Source: Bigelowiella natans CCMP2755 (Eukaryota > Protista > Cercozoa). From it: DNA of 33,312 nt. Shown piece after piece: positions 11,483 through 22,851 of the stretch (its first letter is position 1; each line of letters starts with the position of its first letter). Location of the stretch: contig ADNK01002337.1 of assembly GCA_000320545.1 (NCBI GenBank), positions 1-33,312 on the forward strand, given 5' to 3'. Below the pieces are notes generated by a model, which was given only the letters and a program-made list of their open reading frames with translations, was not told the DNA's origin and searched no databases. Both the position numbers and the translations under genes were made by a program.

Positions 11483-12541
11483 ATGAGAAATTCTAAGAAA
11501 GAAACCTCGTCACCGTGCGTCGTCACCCTACTCACGCTCACTCTGGGCGTCTTTTGTGGGTTGCTTGTAGCAGTCGTAGCTGCGAGCGAAACAGACACTC
11601 CGCCGGACACTGTATCATCTTCCTGGTTCACGCTCCATAAGAGCGACAGTCTTTCCTATTGGTCTGTCCTTCGAGAACGTATTGTAAAGTTCTTGAGCGT
11701 TACCACGATCGCGTTGGTCTCAGATATGAGACTTCGTGCTCGCAGCCTCTTCACGTTGGTTGCTGATGTGAAAGGTTATGCTGAGCGCCTTTTCTACAAA
11801 CTCCCAGCTTTGATGCAGTCTATGTTAGATCTTACACAGCACGTAATCACCTTATTCCCCGATGTAAGAAGTTGTGTGCAGCTTCTGTTCTCCAAAACCG
11901 AGCATCTCCTTGGATCCGTTATCTCCTCCGTAAGGGGTCATACGCAATATTTCTTCGCAATGGCATTTGAAGTAATCAGGATCCTGAGAGATCATGGCCA
12001 GGTTTTCGTATCAAATGCCATCGAGGCAGCCCAGGATTGTCCTCCTTTCGTTGGAGTATGCATTCTTGGAGTTTTGATCGGGCTTATCTTCATGTGGATT
12101 GAAGGTAACAAACCGAGACTGCCGACAGAATACAGAAAACCTATGGAGCATGAAACCGATGAAAAAGTGCATGAAATGCTCTTTGGAAAAGCCAGGACGA
12201 AGACCAAAGCAAGAGCAGAGACAAAAGGGAACAAATCCGCGCTCTCAGGAAACAGTCCCGCCAAACGTGCACAATCCAAAAGATGGGAGCACAAGGACAC
12301 CAAGCACACCAAAAGAAATAAGAAATATGGAAGTTGGAAGCTTTTTCAGAAGGAATTCACCGAATTGAGACTTCCAAAAAATCAAATGAGCAGAATCCAT
12401 GACATCGTGACGAAATTTGATCCCAGCAAGTGTGCGAATGGTTCGAATCCCTGGAATCAGTTCCAACGAAGACTAAAAGGCCATGGGCTGGCCATTCAAG
12501 AGAGGGCACAGCTATACAAGTTTTCCAAACGCGAAAGATAA
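11483..12541 (+). CDS. Intronless 352-aa orphan membrane protein: N-terminal signal/TM, helical region, second TM, basic C-terminus with a duplicated WxxFQ motif
   Basis: Uninterrupted ATG-TAA ORF with no microsatellite content. Hydrophobic segments VVTLLTLTLGVFCGLLVAVVA and FVGVCILGVLIGLIFMWI. The C-terminal part is conserved in the copy at 8910-9052. Confidence 0.75.
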   Translation: MRNSKKETSSPCVVTLLTLTLGVFCGLLVAVVAASETDTPPDTVSSSWFTLHKSDSLSYWSVLRERIVKFLSVTTIALVSDMRLRARSLFTLVADVKGYAERLFYKLPALMQSMLDLTQHVITLFPDVRSCVQLLFSKTEHLLGSVISSVRGHTQYFFAMAFEVIRILRDHGQVFVSNAIEAAQDCPPFVGVCILGVLIGLIFMWIEGNKPRLPTEYRKPMEHETDEKVHEMLFGKARTKTKARAETKGNKSALSGNSPAKRAQSKRWEHKDTKHTKRNKKYGSWKLFQKEFTELRLPKNQMSRIHDIVTKFDPSKCANGSNPWNQFQRRLKGHGLAIQERAQLYKFSKRER

Positions 12542-13388
12542 ATGAGATAACAGCTAGATTCAAATCGTGAATACGATCCGCAGTCAGGAGGCCTTATTTG
12601 CAGTATGACTTTTCCACATTTTTAGCGGCATAAAGCCAGGGAAGCAACAATGACGACGACGCTTGATGAAGTTGAGGCCATGGGCACGAATTAGAACCTA
12701 AGCATGGCAGCAGATGGAAACCAGTGATTATGTGAGAGTAATGAGAGAATAAAAAGAAGAAAATTTAATTAGTGCATGCGATGATGTCTAACATTAAGAG
12801 GAAAAAAAATATTGTTTTAAATTCGACGTACATGCATGCATGCAAAATACGACATGAGGTGTCTCTCTGCACGCACACAGCAGATCGACGTGGAAATGGG
12901 CCTGCACTAGCACACGCATATTGCATAGGCTGCTATAGCCTAAAGTAGCTAGCTATCATGCATATCTAGATATGTGTAGATTCATCACACAACGACGAGG
13001 CTCTGATGAAAACCTTAAAAAAGGCTGGAATTATACAGGTAAAGAGAAGTCACGCCTGCTAGCCTGATCACAACAGATTGTGCTTTCATTCGCGCATGTG
13101 GTCCGCATGTCATTCATGCTGGATGGCGCTTGCGCATCGGTCGTCATCGCTGCCATCGCTGCCATATCCTCATCATTGGTTCAAGCCCACATGTTTCAGG
13201 TATGCGAAAGCAATGGCTATCTTTTAACTGTATCTATATTAGTCTCTATATGTGCGGCCTTCCTCGCTGTCGATGCGGTCTGTGATAAACATTTGCCGCT
13301 GCAGCGCGTGCGAGCAAAGGATGCTATGTGGAATGGGCTTCAATTGCGTATCGTCGGCGTCGGTGCCTTGGATCTCTTATTCTCATCC

Positions 13389-14152
13389 TTATTCAACATC
13401 ATTGAGCTTTTCCTCGAGTCCGTACATCTTGGCCTCGTTGTTGAATTCGGTCGCTATAACCTCGCGCAGCTTCAGCATCTGGTCGCCCCGGCCGATCCAT
13501 GATGAGAAACAAACACACACACAGAAACACACACACACACGCACGCACACACACACACACACACACACACGCAAGAATCACCCGAAGACCATCCCAGCGT
13601 ATTAGTTAGTGCGTGCAGTTCTATGCAATAAGATGTATATATCGAAGAAGAGTGCAATGCGACGTGTTTCTGTGTGTGTGTGTGTGTTTGTTTTCTATGA
13701 CATCATGACGCACCTCTGTGGTGATGTGGTACAACGCCATTGAGACGAAGATCTCCTTTCTGACGTCGTTGTCGGCCACTTGCTCCATCCGCTCTGCCAA
13801 CTCGGCTTCGCGCTTGTCCTTGGAGTTCTTCTAAACACGCACAATCCGGGATGTTAGCGATACAGCGAGAGATAAAAATGTTCACCATTTCGACCTATGG
13901 TGCTGAAAGAAACTACTAATTAATCGTATGATTGCCGCCGCCGCCGCTGTCGTCGTCTCCCCCCCCTCCCCCCCCCCTCTCTTTCTTACGGAGTGTCTGG
14001 GAAAGTCCAAGCCCTTCTCATCACCACCATCAATCTCTCCGACGTTCCGCTTTATCCCTTCTTCTATGCGTCTGTTGGCTCTGAACCGCGTCAACGGGCC
14101 CATGATTTTCCTGGAATGTATATGAATATAAATAAATATATACATCTATACA

Positions 14153-14191
<39 letters not shown>

Positions 14192-15281
14192 CAGCCAGCA
14201 ACAAAGGAAACGAGAGGCGGCGAGGAAAGAGGATTAGGTAGGGTAAAAAAGGGAAACTCAGTCACACACACACACACACACACACACAGAGAGAGAGAGT
14301 TGGATAGAGAAGGGGGGGGGGGGGTCGATTATACATATCATCATATCGGTGATCATCGCACACTTACTCGCGATATTCCTCGTCGAAACTGTTGGACTGA
14401 TAGTAGCCAAATATGTGTTTGATCTGCCATCCGAACTTCTTCGTCCCGCCGAACGTCACGGCGTACAACAGAGGGTCCTCGATTTCCTGGAGCATTTACA
14501 GAAGGAAGGGGGGGGGGGGGGGGGGGGGATATTACAATTCGGTATATTCGGTATTCAGTTATTATTGATAGGAACATGGGAGCAACCGGTTATGGTGAAA
14601 GGCTAATTAATGCACTCCTTGTCCATGCAATCACCTGCGGCGGGCAGTTCGTGATAGCTTGCAGGAATTGCTCCGTCGTTTTGTCTCGGCGCAGGCTGGC
14701 CTCCGCGCGGCTTTGCCAAAAGAGCCTCATGGTGATGAATCGAATCACGATCGATACCAACCACACGAGCACGCACCAGCTCCCGATGAGGGCGAGGAGG
14801 GACAGCAGTGATTGCTCGTCAACGGTGAAGTCCTGCTGCACCTGAGTCAATCAAGGGGGGAGGGTTCAAGACTCATTAGCAAAAACCGAATGGCCTGTCT
14901 CTTTTCCCCCTTCTTCTTCTTCTTCCTCTTCTTCTTCTTCTTCTCTGTTCACAGCGCAGTAGTGTCCATGATTGCGCGATCTTCGGTACGTGCGAGGTGT
15001 TTGCTTCGGCGGCAAGCGGCGTCTCCGCCCCCCGGCCGACACGTGAGAGCGTGCCTCGGAAGGAGGGAGGAAGAGGCGCGAATACACACATGCATGCATT
15101 ATGCTTGCGCGTGCGGGCGTTTGTGAAGGCGGACCGGATTGAGGCCGAACTGGTAGAAGCCGTATACTGACGACTGATTGAGATTGATTGTGGACTCGAA
15201 GGTCGAGCCCCCTGACCCGAAGATGTAGGCGTCTGATGATGTCTGCGTTATTCTTCGGTCTTCCAGGACGGCCGCGTATCT

Positions 15282-15320
<39 letters not shown>

Positions 15321-15323
15321 ATC

Positions 15324-15369
<46 letters not shown>

Positions 15370-15591
15370 CTAGAAAAATTGCAAGCACTGACCCGCTCCC
15401 TTTGATTGAGCTGATGCTGATGAAGTAATCCTTGGTAAGGGGCTGGACGAAATAAGGTTCGAACATGTAGTCAATGAGCTGGATCACGCTTGTGTCCTAG
15501 GTATCAGAGGAAAAAGAGAAGTCGCAGGAGAATAAGTCGTCATTATTTACAAGCGCATTTACTGTTAATTGCACTTTTTCGATAAAGAAAT

Positions 15592-15634
<43 letters not shown>

Positions 15635-16880
15635 ACTCTCTCACACACACACACAAAACACACTTATGTCCGCGCGCTCACGCACATATCAAATATACGA
15701 TACAAATATGCCTATTCACGCGCCTGCGCGTGTGTTTGTATCGTGGCAATGTGAAAGAAAGAGAAAGGAGAAAAACTGGTGAATCATCATCATTTTGTGT
15801 AATTTTATAAGATCCGTGCGGATTGTGGATATGATGATTGCACAACAATATTATTAAGCAGCAAGACGATCTAATGTAACCATGAGGTCGCGGAACTGCG
15901 AATATGCATCCTTCAAAAAGGACTCCTCGATATTGGTAGGCAGGTAATTTTTCGTTCGCACTTGAACGATGGCGCCATCGAGCTGAGTGGGAGACAATTC
16001 TACGTTTCAGTGTTTGCTTGCACATAATAATTTTTATGTAAATTTGTGTGTGTGTTTGTGTGTGCGATGTATATACACTAATCTACACTAAATTCGCAAA
16101 ATGGAGGATGCAAAACGCGCAAATATTATATGCAAATATTAAGTCCCCCCCTCCCCCGCCGCCGTTCTGCTGCTGCTAGCGGTATCGACACATCCATCCA
16201 TCTACCTCTGCACGGACGCTCGCGTCGCTATATGCGCAGTTGCTGGTCGTCGTGAAGGTTCCAGTCGAATTCAGAAGCGGGATATCGTCACTCGCGCAGT
16301 GTCCGATGATGAACCCCACGACCGTGTAGGACGGGGAGTAGAGCTGATTGCGGATCTTTGGCGCGCTGGTTGGGCAGATGCCATTATTACAGACTTCCCA
16401 GTCGAGGCTCTCGCATGATGGCTGCTCCTCGTTCGCGATGGTACACTTCACCCATTGCACTTTCACCTTGCTCGTCCATGCCAGGTCGGACTGGAAGAGC
16501 CCAGTGGAGATGGTGCTGAGGGTGCTGTCCTCGGTGGAGTTGACTGGGAAGATCTGCACGCCCATTGAACTCTGCAGGGTGAACTCCTCATCGGTTGGTA
16601 TAGGTCCGGGATAGTTGACCGAGGTGACACTCTCGGACTCCAGAAACAGGAAGTATATTAGGCCGGCGTATACCATGGTGGCGAAGATCACGAGGAGCAC
16701 GTAAATAGTGCCCGGGAAGCATCTCTTGTACTCTGGGTAGTAGTGTTCATACGTCTCAAATGGCGCCTTGGCCGTCAGGTCGAATAGCTTCGTTCCCGAG
16801 TTGACCTGGTCCCATATGAAGTTGGTGGTACTTCTGCCGCGAACCTCGCAGCACCCATCGTCCAAATCAGGCAGCGGCAT
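13389..16880 (-). CDS. Two-TM membrane protein with a large Cys-containing ectodomain and a helical cytosolic C-terminus, about 9 exons; family unassigned
   Basis: Phase-consistent model: exon 16880-16206 (TM1 PGTIYVLLVIFATMVYAGLIYFLFL)|LDGAIVQVRTKNY...|DTSVIQLIDY...KGSG|YAAVLEDRRITQTSSDAYIFG...YQFGLNP|VQQDFTVDEQSLLSLLALIGSWCVLVWLVSIVIRF (TM2)...PPQ|EIEDPLLY...EYRE|KIMGPL...|KNSKDKREAELAERM...ITTE|MLKLREV...NDVE*. The frame of the last exon is less certain. Confidence 0.75.
15284..15368. repeat. Compound (CA)n-(TA)n-(TG)n intronic microsatellite
   Basis: Direct reading. Confidence 0.95.
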
Positions 16881-17807
16881 CCCAATCTTTTAGAGCCGCG
16901 GGAAGATTAGGATCTGTAGGAAAGAAAGAGATTGTATTAATCGTGGGGTAGAATATCTATAGCAGGGCAATAATTCTACTGTTTCTCTCTCTGCAAAGCA
17001 ACGATGTGCATGGGTATGATCAAAGCTTCTTAGGCAATCTTAGTATTTTGTCGGTTCTGTCAAATGTAATCTTGAGCTTCACACATCCTCACCAGCCATA
17101 AAATTCCATGCAAAGTAAAGTTGATACCTCTCTCTGGATCTTATGAGGCTTCCTTGTGGATATCCCCCTCTCGTTCGCCCTGTCTGGGATTGCGCAGAGT
17201 TGTTTCGCCGGATAGCACTGATGACAGTGGCGAGAGGAGGATCTTCACCAGGACCAAATTTTCGCAATGTGCGTGAAGTGATGTGAATTCTTAGTTGCGA
17301 CAACATAAATTCCTCGTCGCAATGGCATTATCTTTCGGTTTCACCCCAGCACGTTGCCCGAAGATCTCGATGAACATGTGAGAGCTTGGCAAACGATCAA
17401 CCGCGAAGAACAACATCAGTGCGACAATGAAAAGGAAATGACGCAAAGGAATTTCATAGGCTCCTACCTTGGGATTTAACGGTGTAACTGGGGGCCCTTT
17501 CTGTGGTTGTGACACGTATTGGGAATTGACTCGCTTTTGAAATTACATGACATTTCTTGTCGTTTTTTTGTTTCTCACTGGTGACTGATCATTTTGGATC
17601 GATGAGGTGAGTCGGAAGGCATGTTCTTCCCTTCACGTGGCTTTTTTGGAGCCTCTGATGGGTTGTCAGCTGTTTTTTGTGTCTCATCACCAACAGGGTG
17701 CTGACAAGTCCTTGCAACGACTGTTGTTGAGGCTCTGCTGTGTTGCATGCAAACGCCTGTCTCCCATGTGGTTCTGGCGCACGTAGATTTGATCACACAA
17801 CGCTTTC

Positions 17808-17969
17808 TTCATTGTTCATTGTTCATTGTTCAGGCTACCAGGCTTCACTAGTTAGACCTCACTAAAGTTAGTTCGAGGCAATGCGTTTCGCACACTGCAC
17901 ATGTCTTGTTGCATTTTGGAAATGCATTGTAGTTCATCATCATTGTTCTCATTGTTCTCATTGTTCAGG
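17808..17969. repeat. Two short arrays built on CATTGTTC (period 7 at 17808-17834, period 9 at 17941-17969), both ending CATTGTTCAGG
   Basis: TTCATTG x3 then TTCAGG; CATTGTTCT x2 then CATTGTTCAGG. Confidence 0.8.
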
Positions 17970-18472
17970 CAATGTCTGTGGGACGGACAGACTGCTAGAC
18001 TGGTTGGTTCTGCCTTGCGCACGTTGTTTTCGCACCTCAATGCTCAGTTCAATGTTCAACATTCGATGTTCTGTGAACATTCACATGCACTGCACCTTGC
18101 CTCACATTTCACTTGAGATCAGTCTTCGTTGATCAAAGATTGGGCGTGCACAATTTCAAAAGCAGGCTGCGCTCGATCGCATCTCCAAGCTAGTCTCATC
18201 GATCACAATCACCCTCGTCGCCACGTGGACTGGCTCGGGGTTGTGGAGTCAACTTTTCCGCGTTCATTCGATCAACAAAGCGAGTGTGAAAGTGTGCAAA
18301 ATCAAAAATTGAACTTTGTGGCTTTGCTGTGCACATGCTAGCATGTGTTGGTCATCTTGAATGTGACGCATGTCGCATGCTAGCATGTCTAGATGTCAAA
18401 ATGTGCCACAAAGGGGATCATTGAAAATGCCGTTCGAAGCAACGAACAAAATTACACATTTTAGTAATGTTA

Positions 18473-19898
18473 CTAATTGCTAATCGGGGAGTAATAATAC
18501 ATGAAGTACAAATTTACAGCTACTCCGAACCACATTTCACCATCTGCTTCTAGCATGTATTCTTCGGCTTCATCCCTCCATTGTTCTGAAAATGAGGCTT
18601 TGCGCCCAAATTCCAACGTAAATAAATAAATAAATAGGACCGTGAGACCTGGAACAAGAACTACACCAGTCCAAAATTGATAACTTAGATTACTGATCAC
18701 AGTGTCTTGTTCTTCAGCCATTTGCTTGCGCCGCAATACTACCGATTGAGAGCGCTGTGATTTAGTAGACATAGACCCTGGCGCTGTTCCTGCTGCTGGA
18801 TCATGCATCACATCCATGTGTATTTCTTCGGGCTTGTTCATTTTCAACGCACGTCCGTTCTTACCACCAACCAAGTTTGATGATAAGACAGCAGAATCAG
18901 TCATTTCGTCGATGTCCTCTTTCCTCGTCCCTTTCTTCGTTTGCACAGTCATAGGGTTTTCCGGGATTTTACTTTTCTGATCCTTGTCACCAATTGTAGG
19001 CATTGACAGATCTGAATCTCGCTTTGCAATAAGCAGTTCTCGTAGTCTCCACATCGAATATACGTAGACCCCTCCGGCTCCCAAAATAAAAACACTAATG
19101 GCAATTAGTTTGACTGCATTATATCTGAAGTCATCAGTAGCCAAAGTGCCCACCATGGAAATCATCATTAAAGTTATGACGATGACAAGATCTGAGAATG
19201 TAAGATTCACACCATTTAGACATTTAGACATCACAGCAAGATCGACATTTTCTCACCGCTTGTTATTAACGAAGTTGCATATTTCGGTGTCTTCGTCGCC
19301 AAACCAGACGCCAAATATGCGGCCGTACCCAATAGGTAAGAATAGTACTAAAAATACCTAGACATCACTTTGGATACTCAAAAGGATTGCATTATAATTT
19401 ACCGATTCCAACGCACAAATGTTAACCTAACACATAAACTATATTTTAATTTTTCGAAGATATATGGAAAAGAGAATTCTTGTTTTCTTACTATTGCGAT
19501 TGAGTTGAAAACAACGTATGCTTCCCTGCACAGGAAAAATTGGTGACTCATGAGAATGTATATGCAGATTCTAACAGCTAAGATACCATCCGAAAGCTGC
19601 TGGTTCATGAGCTCCGATGAAGTAAACTCCCAATATTAGTGCATTAAATGTGGCCAAACTAATATCGAAATATGCGATTGAGTTATTTGAAGTTATGGAA
19701 GCATGAAAGCAGGGGTCAAACATTCAACGGGTACATAGCGTCCCATGGGATGATGCTTAGCAAATATGCTGACCCTTGTATTGGAACTGATTCCTGCGGC
19801 AGTGGTAATCGCAAGTTTCGTATCCCCCAGATGACCTGCAGGGCGCACACGGCCGTCTTGATCGAGTCGCTCACTATCCAGCTGGGGTCGGCAGACAT
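18473..19898 (-). CDS. Orphan multi-pass (possibly 7TM, GPCR-like) membrane protein with a long hydrophilic loop before the last two TM segments
   Basis: The last exon (~19192-18473) has TMs LVIVITLMMISMVGTLA, LIAISVFILGAGGVYVYSMW, FWTGVVLVPGLTVLFIYLF and MWFGVAVNLYFMYYY, with a ~100-aa polar loop. Upstream hydrophobic exon candidates are IFSTILTYW (~19340) and MSADPSWIVSDSIKTAVCALQVIWGIRNL (ATG 19898). The 5' exon structure is uncertain. Confidence 0.55.
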
Positions 19899-20123
19899 GA
19901 TTTGTGCAGGAGGAAGCTGCCAAGGAAGCAGAGAAAGATGTATCTTGGGCTTCCTACCCCCCCTTGCGACAATACGGCGAACATTGTCGCAGGCTTGCGA
20001 ATCGGACGTTATCTCAGCACCAAGGGACTTGAACGTAAAACGGGTGATTTTCAAGTGCGTCGTGGAAGACATCATGTCGCTTAGGGAAAATCTAGATAAT
20101 TGAACTCATTACCATCCCGTGCA

Positions 20124-22851
20124 ATGCTTGGAAGACGAGTAACTATGGAGGTAGAAGTTCAAACCCCAGGGCCCGATTTCGATGCTCAAAATTTGCGTCC
20201 AAGCGGAACTCGAGCAGTCAAATGCTCAAATAACTCTAAGGGAGATTTTTTTTTTCAGGGCTATCTACTCATGCAAAAACAATCTACCTCTATTTTCTCG
20301 GGATGGCAACGGCGTTGGTGTGTTATCAATTTAGCGAGTAAATGGGGACCTGCTCTTCAATATTATCAAGGTAAAAGGTATCTGTAACTAGAAATGTATA
20401 TGTACGTGTATCGTTGCTTGGGGTATTGCGATGACAACCATCCCCTCAGAAAATCACAAACGATCGGAGATAGCAATTCCAAAAGGCGTAATAGTTTTGA
20501 AGAATATCATCAAAATTCGAACTATTAGCAAAACGGAATTTGAAGTCACCACCAGCTTCGAAGTGGATGCGCAGTAAACTTTCAAACTTATTATTTCTAA
20601 AATATCATTCAAGAGATAACTATGCATGATTTAATCTAGAAGTAATAAGAGAAATTTTCACTTCCGAGCATACAGTTTAGAAGAAAGAGATAACTGGATA
20701 TATCATCTGAAGCAGGTAGTCGGATTTTTACATCGTTGCAGTTGGTATGAATCAGAACTTGTGTCTTCTTAGCCCGAAGAGATCAACGGGAAGGCAGAAG
20801 GTGCACTACATTATTACCAGTCGACCAATTTTGCATGGTTCAAATGCCCTTTTGATCAGACTTGAGCAGTATCGGAAGTACAGCTACATATGAATCTTCT
20901 TCGAATGACTGGGTAGCAGCAAGAATCAATGGACTTCGAAATGGTGGAAAAATCAAGGTTCTTTAGATTTTTTTGGACGAACCTGTGGCATTTGAAATAT
21001 AAACGATTCAGGTGAACATCCAAGGAGCAAAAAGAATGAGACATATGGCGAAGCGGTTCACTAAATATGGTGTCTATGTAGTGTGCGGAAATCTGAACTG
21101 GATACAAGAGCGAACCTATAAAGAGTTTCAACATTTGCGTCGTAGTATTGAAAAGGGGGAACGTTCAAAGCTGCAGAAATTGCCTCTAAAGAGATGGATC
21201 ATTTTTGATAGTATCAATGCGATGCAATCTAGATTAAATTGCGTGCAGGAACTAATTAACGAGCTCGTTTCCGATGTGACATTCGAAAATAAAAATGATC
21301 ACTACCATATATTAGAATTTCTAGGGTTTACTGGAAGAGAATTAATGACATTTCGAGAAAAGAATGAATCAGAGCAACTTTTAAATGAGCACAAGTCGCA
21401 CATTAGCTTGTGGGGATATGCTTTGAAAGCCCTTCTCCCAAGCTCTGCTAGTGAAATACCCGTAGGACTACTTTTTGTTAAAGTGATGAGTGCAAAAGAT
21501 CTTCCAGATCTAGATCAGTTTGGCGGCTTGGATCCCTATATTACCTTAAAGTTAGGATCTGAGAAGGGCACAAGAGCAAAAACTACAGTTATCCACAACA
21601 ACAAAAATCCCTAGTACTGAATTTTTTACTTAAAATATTCTGATGCTCACAATAATTGTTGCTGTGTGTTTTGATAGTTGGGGTGAAAGATTTCTTTTCG
21701 AGGTAAACAACTCGACAACAAACCTGAAAGTCGAGTTATTTGATGAAGACATCGGCACACAAGACGATCAAGTTGGATTTGTTGAGATCCCACTAAGTAG
21801 CTTGGGAGACCAAGCTACAGTTCAGACTTACGAACTACATCCACCAAAAAACTCTGAGAATTCTGATCAGGGAAGCTTATCAGAGAAAGAAGAAAAGCAA
21901 AAAGAGTCACAAAAATGGCTTCATTTTCAATTAATGACGAAAAAAACTGATTTCAAAGCTCCTTCAGTGACGTTACAGCTGCATCTTCGATGTCCAAATA
22001 TGGGACGTTTGGCTTCCGAGTGGAATCCAGAGCCACTTCCTGAGGCTCCGACAATTAGATTTAGCTCTGATCGTTTCTACGCAGAGGTCATGATATTATT
22101 GGAAAACATATGGCCTATTGTGAGCTTCTTCCAAGGTGTAAACTCAGTTGTGAATTGGGAATACCCTTTGTGGAGTTCATGGGTTTTATTTTGGTTCTTT
22201 ATGTGTTGTATATGGCCTCACTTGATTGTCATATTGCTTCAAAGTTGGATGATCTACTACATAATAATAAAGTATGCCCAGCAAGTTTCCCAAAATTATC
22301 ACGTCATTCAACCAACAAATGTTGGGGTTCCAGAATACAAAACAGTGCCAGCAACAAAGACTCGCACAAAATTATCGGAAGAGGATAGGCACAAATTGGG
22401 ATGGAAAGTGAAAAACTTAACGAATTTTGTGACGAAGGTAGGTGGGTTAGAGGGGTCTCTATACCGTTACCAAAGCTATCTTATCTTTTTCAATTCTATC
22501 TTTGGTAAAATCTATAAAACCTTCGACTGGACGAATCCCAAGATGACGAAAATCGCCCTAATAAGCCTGATATGTTTCACCTCATATTGCCTACTCTTCC
22601 CAGTTCAATATATTATAATCCTTTCGGGCGGATATGTGCTTTTAATGAAAACAACTCCGATGATGTTTCTCGTTTGGTTGATCCGAGGAGTGTATCTCTC
22701 GGTGATCTTGACAAAAAGGGGATTGCCAGATGCACATAGAAATATGTCGTCGAACCTTTGCAATAAAAGTGATCCAAAATTACTCAATGATGAAAAGCAT
22801 TCAAGTGAAGAGGAGGCGCATAGCGAAGTTTTCCATTCTGACGAAAAATAG
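20124..22851 (+). CDS. PH-PX-C2 protein with an MCTP-type (PRT_C / reticulon-like) membrane region
   Basis: PH: GYLLMQKQSTSIFSGWQRRWCVI...PKGVIVL...FHFRAYSLEERDNWIYHL. PX: FTKYGVYV...WIQERTYKEFQHLR...KLPLKRW...SRLNCVQELINELV...EFLG. C2: LFVKVMSAKDLPDLDQFGGLDPYITLKLG...KTTVIHNNKNPY|WGERFLF...LKVELFDEDIGTQDDQVG. Membrane region: VVNWEYPLWS...TFDWTNPKMT. Introns are short GT-AG, e.g. 21614-21677. Confidence 0.88.

Noticed and set aside
12440-12451. GGTTCGAATCCC, a perfect tRNA T-loop / Pol III B-box
   Set aside because: The flanks do not form a 5-bp T-stem or a cloverleaf, it lies inside the 352-aa ORF (NGSNPW), and the paralog has lost it.
13080-13502. 140-aa plus-strand ORF and similar hydrophobic-looking ORFs (e.g. 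14349-14606, 16348-16614, 24033-24638)
   Set aside because: Antisense shadows of minus-strand exons.
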